This document shows positions 57,522 through 64,000 of a stretch of 64,000 nt of DNA, in pieces; position 1 is the stretch's first letter; the number at the start of each line of letters is the position of its first letter. This stretch comes from an uncultured Actinomycetota bacterium. Lineage in GTDB: Bacteria > Actinomycetota > Acidimicrobiia > Spongiisociales > UBA4744. The notes below the pieces were generated by a model. It was not told where the DNA came from. It ran no database searches and worked only from the letters and a program-made list of their open reading frames with translations. Position numbers and translations under genes: made by a program. The stretch spans positions 413,717 through 477,716 of the forward strand of contig CAVRPP010000003.1 in assembly GCA_963723165.1 (NCBI GenBank). The letters are read 5' to 3'.

Positions 57522-58643
57522 TCACGAAAGCGATTGCCGTTGCATCCACCGGGTGATATCGCTCGCCGTCACGACGCCGACCAGTCTTCCGTCCTCTACC
57601 ACAATCACGCGTTGACCCGACTCGCTCAACCTGGTCAGGACCTCCTCGGCAGATGTATCGGCACCAACCGCGTCCTCCGGTTGCAGCACCTGCATCGTCT
57701 CGGAAACACGCAGCTCGCCCCAGCGGCTACGAGGGACCTCGCCGAGTTGTTTCAACGAGATCAAGCCCCGCACCCGGCCTTCCTGGAGCACCGGGAAGGT
57801 GGAGACGTTGTTCGCCATGAAATGATCGTCGAACACTTGCTGCAGCGTCAGATTGCCGTCGACGGCGAGTGGGGTGCGGGTCATGACCTGGGCGGCGACT
57901 ACACCGCTGAGACCCTCTTTCACCGTCAACTGGGCGAGGGTCGACCCGGCAGCCTGGAACAGGAACCACCCCAGCACAATCCACCACAACCCGCCGAAGT
58001 CTCTCCGGAAGAAGACACTCAGCACACCAACGGCAATCATCAACCCGGCGATGATGCGTCCCCCGTTGCCTGCCACCCGGGTGGCGCGCCGGTAATCACC
58101 GGTCGCCTTCCACACAATCGACCTGAGCACGCGGCCGCCGTCGAGCGGGAACCCGGGCAGCAGGTTGAATCCTCCCAGGAGGAGATTGATCCATCCCATC
58201 CGCGCAAAGAGTTGCTCAAAGACGGATCGGTCTGCGATCAAGGCCGCCAGGCCGAGGAACGCCCCGGCCAGCACAAAGGACGAAGCCGGCCCGGCGATGG
58301 TGATCACGAACTCATCCTGCGGGTTGGCGGCCTCCGATTCGATCTCCGAGACTCCGCCAAACACGAACAATCGGATTCTTCGTACGGATGTGCCTCGCCG
58401 GACCGCGACCAGCGAGTGGCTCAGTTCGTGGATCAGCACGCTTCCGAAGAAGAGGAAAGCACCGAACAGAGCGGCCACCCACAGGGCCGGGTCCCCCAGG
58501 GGTTCCATCAAACCGCGCCCCATGGCATCGACCAGGTCCGCCCAAAAGAAGAAGACGATCAGGAAGAAGATGACCAGCCAGGACGTATCGACGACGATGG
58601 GGATACCGCCGACCCGGCCGATCCGGAGACCGCCTCCGTTCAT
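57522..58643 (-). CDS. Site-2 protease family (M50) zinc metalloprotease with tandem CBS domains
   Basis: HELSHSL (HExxH in a TM helix). LPGFPLDGGRV motif. C-terminal CBS pair. Confidence 0.8.
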   Translation of the reverse strand: MNGGGLRIGRVGGIPIVVDTSWLVIFFLIVFFFWADLVDAMGRGLMEPLGDPALWVAALFGAFLFFGSVLIHELSHSLVAVRRGTSVRRIRLFVFGGVSEIESEAANPQDEFVITIAGPASSFVLAGAFLGLAALIADRSVFEQLFARMGWINLLLGGFNLLPGFPLDGGRVLRSIVWKATGDYRRATRVAGNGGRIIAGLMIAVGVLSVFFRRDFGGLWWIVLGWFLFQAAGSTLAQLTVKEGLSGVVAAQVMTRTPLAVDGNLTLQQVFDDHFMANNVSTFPVLQEGRVRGLISLKQLGEVPRSRWGELRVSETMQVLQPEDAVGADTSAEEVLTRLSESGQRVIVVEDGRLVGVVTASDITRWMQRQSLS

Positions 58644-59656
58644 CAGACGTCGAGTGACATCGACGGATCGACCTGCCCGTCCCAGGATGTGTACGTACCC
58701 TGGGACAACCAGTGCGATCCGGCGGCGCCGATCATGGCGGCGTTGTCGGTGCAGAGCAACGGCGATGGAAGCAGCAGCGTGACGCCGCGGCGGTCGGCCT
58801 CTTCCTGCATACGCAACCGCAGCCGCCGATTGGCCAGGACTCCCCCACCTCCGCCCACTACCCGGACCCCGGTATCGTCGACGGCGTTGAACGTCTTCGT
58901 GACCAGCACATCGACTATCGCTTCCTGCACGGAAGCTGCCACGTCGGCCAACGGCGGGAGCTGGTTGGAACTCGATGACTTCTTGATGAAGGTAACGACC
59001 GAAGTCTTCAGCCCTGAGAAGGACAGGTTGTAGCGATCGTCGGGAAGAGCGCGCGGGAATCGAACCGCCGCGGGATCACCCTTGAGCGATGCCTCGTCGA
59101 TGGCCGGGCCGCCCGGGTATCCGAGCCCCATGAATCGAGCCACTTTGTCGAACGCCTCACCCGAAGCATCATCGATGGTGCGCCCCAGTACCTCGTAGTC
59201 GCCCCAGTCCCGCACATGGACGATCTGGCTGTGACCGCCCGAGGCGAGAACAACAACTGCGGGAGGCACAAACTCGTCATATTCCAGCCGCGGCGCAAAC
59301 AGGTGGCCTTCCATATGGTCGACGCCGACAAAGGGCAGCTGACGCGCCCAGGCTGTAGCTTTGCCAAATGAGAAGCCGACCAGCAACGCCCCGACCAGGC
59401 CCGGCCCCTGTGTCGCCGCTATTCCATCGAGATCGTCGGGATGGACCCCGGCGTCACTCAAGGCCCGGTGTGTGAGAGCCCGGATTGATTCCACGTGAGC
59501 CCTGGCAGCCACCTCCGGCACGACCCCCCCGAAGCGGGCGTGCAGGTCGACCTGGGAAGACAGAACGTTGGACAGGGCCCGCGTCCCGCGCACGACTGCC
59601 ACGGCAGTCTCGTCGCAGCTCGTTTCGAAGGCGAGAACGGTCGGCTCGATTGTCAT
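58643..59656 (-). CDS. tsaD: tRNA N6-adenosine threonylcarbamoyltransferase
   Basis: [16 protein letters not shown]...[12 protein letters not shown]...VLASGGHSQ. Confidence 0.9.
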   Translation of the reverse strand: MTIEPTVLAFETSCDETAVAVVRGTRALSNVLSSQVDLHARFGGVVPEVAARAHVESIRALTHRALSDAGVHPDDLDGIAATQGPGLVGALLVGFSFGKATAWARQLPFVGVDHMEGHLFAPRLEYDEFVPPAVVVLASGGHSQIVHVRDWGDYEVLGRTIDDASGEAFDKVARFMGLGYPGGPAIDEASLKGDPAAVRFPRALPDDRYNLSFSGLKTSVVTFIKKSSSSNQLPPLADVAASVQEAIVDVLVTKTFNAVDDTGVRVVGGGGGVLANRRLRLRMQEEADRRGVTLLLPSPLLCTDNAAMIGAAGSHWLSQGTYTSWDGQVDPSMSLDV

Positions 59657-60162
59657 GAAAGGCTGCTCCTGATTTCACTGAGGCGACGACCGAATGCCGG
59701 CTGATCGATCTCGTGGACCCACATGATGAGAGCATCTTCGTCGCCGTAGTAGCTCTTGCGAACACCCACCGGCGCCATCCCGAACCTCCGGTAGAGCTCC
59801 TGGGCCGAGTGATTGGAGGAACGCACCTCGAGGGTGAGATGCTGCGCTCCGCCGGCGAGAGCAGCATCGATCAAGCGCAGCATCAAGCGAGTGCCGAGTT
59901 TCTGGCCGCGGGCTTCCGGGGTGACGGCAATGGTCGTAACGTGAGCTTCATCCAACACCTGAAGCAGCCCCGCATAACCTGCCACCTCACCCGGGTCGTC
60001 GATAGCCACGAAGTAGGAGCGACCGGGTTGCTCCAGTTCATCTCGAAAGACGGTTTCCGACCAGGGCAGCGGAAACGTCGAGCTTTCCAGGCGATGAACG
60101 CCAGGAATGTCCGAGGCGAGCATCAGTCGGATTTCCATCACGTCGGTGACGATTCCGCCCAT
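59653..60162 (-). CDS. rimI: Ribosomal-protein-alanine N-acetyltransferase
   Basis: GNAT fold. [17 protein letters not shown]. Positioned between tsaB and tsaD. Confidence 0.85.
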   Translation of the reverse strand: MGGIVTDVMEIRLMLASDIPGVHRLESSTFPLPWSETVFRDELEQPGRSYFVAIDDPGEVAGYAGLLQVLDEAHVTTIAVTPEARGQKLGTRLMLRLIDAALAGGAQHLTLEVRSSNHSAQELYRRFGMAPVGVRKSYYGDEDALIMWVHEIDQPAFGRRLSEIRSSLS

Positions 60163-60857
60163 GGACCCTCCTCCCGGAAGTTCTTCCAGCTGATGGTCAC
60201 GTCGGGTTCGCGCAGGTACAGAGGCCTCACTTCGTCGGCGTGAGGAAAGTCTTCTCGCTCAACACGGCCCACCGCTAATTCGAGCATCGCCTCAGCGGCC
60301 GGGAATTGTGGTCGGCCGGTCTTGACCCGGTGCAGCCCCCGGAAGAAATTCTCGTTGAGTGACGCCCAGTCTCCAACCACCAGTGCGTCCTCCGGGTCCG
60401 ATTGCAGCATGGCCCGGAACCGCTCCACCGTCACCAACTGCCCGGGACCGTCTTTGACCACGCCACCCGGCAAAGGCCGGTAGGACGCCACGGCGAGCTC
60501 GCCGCGGCGAACGTCCACCACAGACCAGATGTGACGGCGGTGCGTTGACGCCCGCAAAGCAATTACGTCCAGTGAAATCAGGGGCACGAGGGGGACTCCC
60601 AGTGCCGACGCCAATCCTTGCGCTGTGGACAGGCCCACCCGGAGGCCCGTGTAGAGCCCCGGACCCACGTCGATCACTATGGCGTCCAGTTCATGGGGTC
60701 GCCACCCCACCTGGTCAAAACAGAAGTCGAGGGCCGACACGATGAAGGCGCCGTGGCCACGCCGATCCACCCGATCGGCCGCAGCCACAACGTCACGCCC
60801 ATTCCCCAGCGCAATGGAACTGGCCGGGGTGGCCGTCTCAATGGCCAGCAGCCTCAT
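60138..60857 (-). CDS. tsaB: tRNA threonylcarbamoyladenosine biosynthesis protein TsaB (YeaZ)
   Basis: MRLLAIETATPASSIAL...IVIDVGPGLYTGLRVGLSTAQGLA. Confidence 0.85.
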   Translation of the reverse strand: MRLLAIETATPASSIALGNGRDVVAAADRVDRRGHGAFIVSALDFCFDQVGWRPHELDAIVIDVGPGLYTGLRVGLSTAQGLASALGVPLVPLISLDVIALRASTHRRHIWSVVDVRRGELAVASYRPLPGGVVKDGPGQLVTVERFRAMLQSDPEDALVVGDWASLNENFFRGLHRVKTGRPQFPAAEAMLELAVGRVEREDFPHADEVRPLYLREPDVTISWKNFREEGPWAESSPT

Positions 60858-61312
60858 TCGGTCATCTCCTTCAGAGACCTGGTCTCCCAGGCACCATGGC
60901 CAACGAGACGTACGATCCGATCGGCAGGCCCGGTTACTTCGATATCTACGGTCAGGTGATCATCCGGCATCGCTGCGGCAACCGCATTGCCCCACTCGAC
61001 GATCAGAACCCCGTCGCGTGACCCTTCGAAGAGGTCGAGATCATCGAGCTCGTTGAGCGACCCGACCCGGTACACGTCGGCGTGAGTCAACGGCGTGAAC
61101 CCGCCCGTGTAACGACGCACCAGCATGAAGCTGGGACTGATCACGGGTTCTTCAATACCCAGGCCTTCGGCCAAACCCCCGGCCAGGGCAGTCTTCCCCG
61201 CACCGAGCTCGCCGACCAGCAGAATGACATCGCCGGGTCCGAGAAAGCTGGCCAGCCGGCGACCGATCGCCCGGGTTTCGACCTCGCTCGCGGAGTGGAG
61301 TTCAACCGTCAT
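60854..61312 (-). CDS. tsaE: tRNA threonylcarbamoyladenosine biosynthesis ATPase TsaE (YjeE)
   Basis: P-loop GELGAGKTALAGG. SPSFMLV motif. Confidence 0.85.
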   Translation of the reverse strand: MTVELHSASEVETRAIGRRLASFLGPGDVILLVGELGAGKTALAGGLAEGLGIEEPVISPSFMLVRRYTGGFTPLTHADVYRVGSLNELDDLDLFEGSRDGVLIVEWGNAVAAAMPDDHLTVDIEVTGPADRIVRLVGHGAWETRSLKEMTE

Positions 61313-61935
61313 CGGAAAAGCCCTAGTTGCTCAATGCCATGCTCTGGCTCTGTTTCCAGTTGGGAACCGGCTCGAGCGTCCAACGTTGCCTTCATCAGGG
61401 CGAAATCCTCTTGCATCGAAGCCAGGACCGAAGCCGAGCCCCGCAGGGCGGCGGCCGGGTGGAAAGTGGGAATGACGATACGGTTCCACCACGGATAGGC
61501 CCGACCTCGCAGCCGGGTGATCCCTCGTTCTTCTTTGAGCAGCAACTTCGTGGCGAAGTTGCCCAGGGTCATGACAACGGCCGGGTCGATGAGCCGGATC
61601 TGTCCGGCCAGATAGTCCTTGCATGCGGCAATCTCATCGGGGCGGGGATCGCGGTTGCCTGGTGGGCGGCACTTGACGACGTTGGCGATGTACACGTCGG
61701 ACCGATCGAATCCGATCTCCGATAGGAGCCGGTTGAGGAGTTGGCCCGCAGCCCCAACAAATGGAAGGCCCTGGAGGTCTTCGTTTCTCCCTGGGCCCTC
61801 GCCGACGAACATCACCTCCGCTTGCGGGTTGCCATCGCCAAAGACGACGGTGGTGCGCGTGCTCGACAGCCCGCACGCAGTGCAACCGGACGCCTGACCG
61901 GCCATGATTTTGAGTTCCTGTGCCGCTGTTGTCTC
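61309..61935 (-). CDS. Uracil-DNA glycosylase, family 4
   Basis: CTACGL...MFVGEGPGRNEDLQGLPFVGAAGQLL...HPAA. The ORF extends to 62010; the likely start is the ATG at 61935. Confidence 0.8.
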   Translation of the reverse strand, partial: ETTAAQELKIMAGQASGCTACGLSSTRTTVVFGDGNPQAEVMFVGEGPGRNEDLQGLPFVGAAGQLLNRLLSEIGFDRSDVYIANVVKCRPPGNRDPRPDEIAACKDYLAGQIRLIDPAVVMTLGNFATKLLLKEERGITRLRGRAYPWWNRIVIPTFHPAAALRGSASVLASMQEDFALMKATLDARAGSQLETEPEHGIEQLGLFR

Positions 61936-61945
61936 TGACATTCTC

Positions 61946-62875
61946 TTACCCGGAGTCCAAACCTGCCGCCTCCTGCAACGCTGCCTCGATGGCACGACCC
62001 GTTGCGACAAATGCGGCTTCGCCGATCAGATCAGGCGAAGCCTCCACGTCGCCGCAGGAGACTGCAAAAGCGGCATCGCCATCATATCGAGTATGGCCCG
62101 GTCGGAGGCACACGGCCAGGGCATCGTGGGTTCGCACGGCCACCCGCAGCAAGTCGTTCCGACCGAGGCGGGCGTTGGTAGCAACCACCACCAGGGTGGT
62201 GTTGGTAGCCGGGTCTGGAAGCAAGGCCGGCGGTCCGGGGATGAGAGAGCCTCCGGTCAACGGCTCGCCTTCCAGCGTGAAGACGTCTCCGACGGCGTTG
62301 ACCACGGCGAGGGCCCCGACCAGAGCTCCTTCGACCGACACTGAAGCCGACCCCAGGCCTCCTTTGGTGATGGCTTCCATTCCCCGCCACCCGGCGACCG
62401 TCGCACCGGTGCCGGCGCCAACGCTGCCCATCACCACCGGATCGCCGGACGCCGCTCGCGCCGCCGCGGCACCTTCAGCAGGTCCGGGCCGAACGCTCGG
62501 ATCCCCGACGAATAGGTCGAAGATCACAGCCGTCGGAACGATAGGAACCGGCCCGACGAGGGTTTGATGACCCCGGCCGGCGGCTTCAAGCTCGGCGACG
62601 ACGCCGTCGGCCGCGGCTAACCCAAAAGCACTCCCCCCGGTCAGAAGGATCGCCTGGATCGTCTCGACCCGCATCCCGGGGGCCAGCAACGCCGTTTCGC
62701 GGCTGCCGGGGGCCGCTCCGCGGATCTCTACTGCGGCGACGTTCGGCTCCGGCAAGGTCAATACGGTGCAACCGGTCATGGCGACTGGATCAGTCCAGTG
62801 GCCCACTTCGATGCCGGGGATGGACGTGATGGTCAAGGCACATACCGTCGCGGCAACCGGGGTCCGATCTGACAC
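61946..62875 (-). CDS. P1/S58 family peptidase (DmpA-like L-aminopeptidase)
   Basis: GIEVGHWTD...TGCTVL...TGGSAFGLAAADGV is a DmpA/ArgJ-like fold signature. Confidence 0.7.
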   Translation of the reverse strand: MSDRTPVAATVCALTITSIPGIEVGHWTDPVAMTGCTVLTLPEPNVAAVEIRGAAPGSRETALLAPGMRVETIQAILLTGGSAFGLAAADGVVAELEAAGRGHQTLVGPVPIVPTAVIFDLFVGDPSVRPGPAEGAAAARAASGDPVVMGSVGAGTGATVAGWRGMEAITKGGLGSASVSVEGALVGALAVVNAVGDVFTLEGEPLTGGSLIPGPPALLPDPATNTTLVVVATNARLGRNDLLRVAVRTHDALAVCLRPGHTRYDGDAAFAVSCGDVEASPDLIGEAAFVATGRAIEAALQEAAGLDSG

Positions 62876-63933
62876 ACAACCTCATACGAAATGGTGTCGA
62901 GGTGTTCTGCCCACTGATCCGCACTGACCTCCTCGGTCCCCTGCGAACCGAGCAGCACCACCTCGTCGCCCACTTCGACCGGGTCATCGCCGACATCGAC
63001 CACAACCTGATCCATGGTGACCGTTCCCGCCAGGGGGTGACGCTTGCCTCTGATCAGCACATCGCCGCCGTGCGCCCCCAACGCTCGCGGCAGGCCATCT
63101 GCGTAACCGACCGGAACGGTGGCGACGTGAGCGTCAACCGGGAGGGCTTTGCGACGACCGTACGACGGTCTTGTCCCGGCGGGGAGGTGTCGCACCATGG
63201 AAACATGGGAGACCACCCGCATGGCCGGCCGGAGGTCGAGTTCCGGCACGAGGCCGGGTGCGGGCCGCTGCCCGTAGATCCCGATTCCGACTCGCACCAT
63301 GTCGAGCCGGGCCTCGGGGTAGAGCAATGTCGCCGCCGTATTGGCAGCATGTCGTAGGGGAACCTCAACACCGGCTTTGCGGAGCGTCTCGATGAAACCA
63401 TTGAAGGTGTCCAATTGTCTTCTCGTGAAAACGGCATCTTCTTCTGCCACTGCGAAGTGGGTCCAGACGCCTTCGAGTTGGAGGTGTCGATTGGCCTCGA
63501 TGGCGGCCACCAATTCCCTGGCGTCCGCAACGGCAGCCCCAACTCGATGCATGCCGGTGTCCACTTTCAGGTGGGTAGCCAACGGCCGCTTGGCTACGCC
63601 ACTGAGCGCTTTGACGAATCCCGATGTGTATACGGTCGGGATCAGATCCCAGGCGACCACCTCGGCCGCCGACTGGTCGGGAGGTTCGGAGAGCAAGAGA
63701 ATCGGGGCTTCGATCCCCGCCTCCCGAAGGCGGATGGCTTCCTCCACCAATGCCACGGCCAGCATGGGGGCTCCCGCCTCGACCGCAGCTTCGGCCACCG
63801 GGACATCCCCGTGCCCGTACGCGTCGGCTTTGACCACTGCGCAGAGCCGGGCGGGAGCGGCGATACCGGCCAGCAGGCGGACGTTGTGCGCGATCGCTGC
63901 GAGATCGATCTCGACCCAGGACGGTCTCACCAT
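62833..63933 (-). CDS. alr: Alanine racemase
   Basis: VVKADAYGHG carries the PLP-binding Lys. Full-length match. Confidence 0.9.
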   Translation of the reverse strand: MVRPSWVEIDLAAIAHNVRLLAGIAAPARLCAVVKADAYGHGDVPVAEAAVEAGAPMLAVALVEEAIRLREAGIEAPILLLSEPPDQSAAEVVAWDLIPTVYTSGFVKALSGVAKRPLATHLKVDTGMHRVGAAVADARELVAAIEANRHLQLEGVWTHFAVAEEDAVFTRRQLDTFNGFIETLRKAGVEVPLRHAANTAATLLYPEARLDMVRVGIGIYGQRPAPGLVPELDLRPAMRVVSHVSMVRHLPAGTRPSYGRRKALPVDAHVATVPVGYADGLPRALGAHGGDVLIRGKRHPLAGTVTMDQVVVDVGDDPVEVGDEVVLLGSQGTEEVSADQWAEHLDTISYEVVCQIGPRLPRRYVP

Positions 63934-64000
63934 GCGAATCTCCCAATTTCGGTGGCCAGTCGTTCCGCAGTCACCGTACCGCGTTGAGCTACCGCTGAAC

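Noticed and set aside
63934-64000. Start of another minus-strand gene at the right edge
   Set aside because: At 67 nt it is too short to identify; not reported as a feature.

Overview
This is a high-GC Actinomycetota-like chromosomal segment. Supporting clues are leaderless-style starts, CIRCE operators, guaB3-guaA, and the mycobacterial-type alr-tsaE-tsaB-rimI-tsaD ... groES-groEL neighbourhood. The first ~10 kb is an unusual tandem array of Tad (Flp-pilus) minor-pilin genes: at least 7 TadE-like and 4 TadG-like, organised as four (TadE)n-TadG modules. The last module and the neighbouring dapA-like gene are broken by several 1-nt frameshifts. No flp, tadA/cpaF or tadBC genes are in the window. 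The middle of the window is core metabolism: hupB, mdh, two VOC genes, icd, folD, purH, purN, sucCD, a stand-alone B12-binding subunit, tal, MFS transporters, a LemA/DUF2207 pair and LysE. It also holds an ECF sigma/anti-sigma pair whose anti-sigma carries extracytoplasmic BNR (Asp-box) repeats, pcrA, an orphan CheA-like hybrid kinase / REC-GAF / histidine kinase module, guaA, guaB3-like, a CPBP protease and trpS. The most striking gene is 45563-46945 (minus strand). It encodes a membrane-anchored protein built from eleven near-identical 90-nt tandem repeats, each encoding two CxxCH motifs (22 in total). The second notable element is a leaderless Ile-rich leader peptide (MYAPAAIIIIV) followed by a hairpin and an intrinsic terminator, directly upstream of a citramalate synthase (cimA). 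That looks like an Ile-responsive attenuator. Beyond that come a group II aromatic amino-acid decarboxylase, NUDIX, GNAT, groEL (carrying a 1-nt frameshift) and groES with tandem CIRCE operators, corA, a DUF1295 protein, an M50/CBS site-2 protease, tsaD-rimI-tsaB-tsaE, a family-4 UDG, a DmpA-like peptidase and alr. A family of short 6-7-nt periodic tandem repeats, mostly with an ACTG core, recurs in several intergenic regions. No rRNA, tRNA, CRISPR array, integrase or transposase was recognised. All calls rest on reading the translations and the sequence by eye; no database search was possible.
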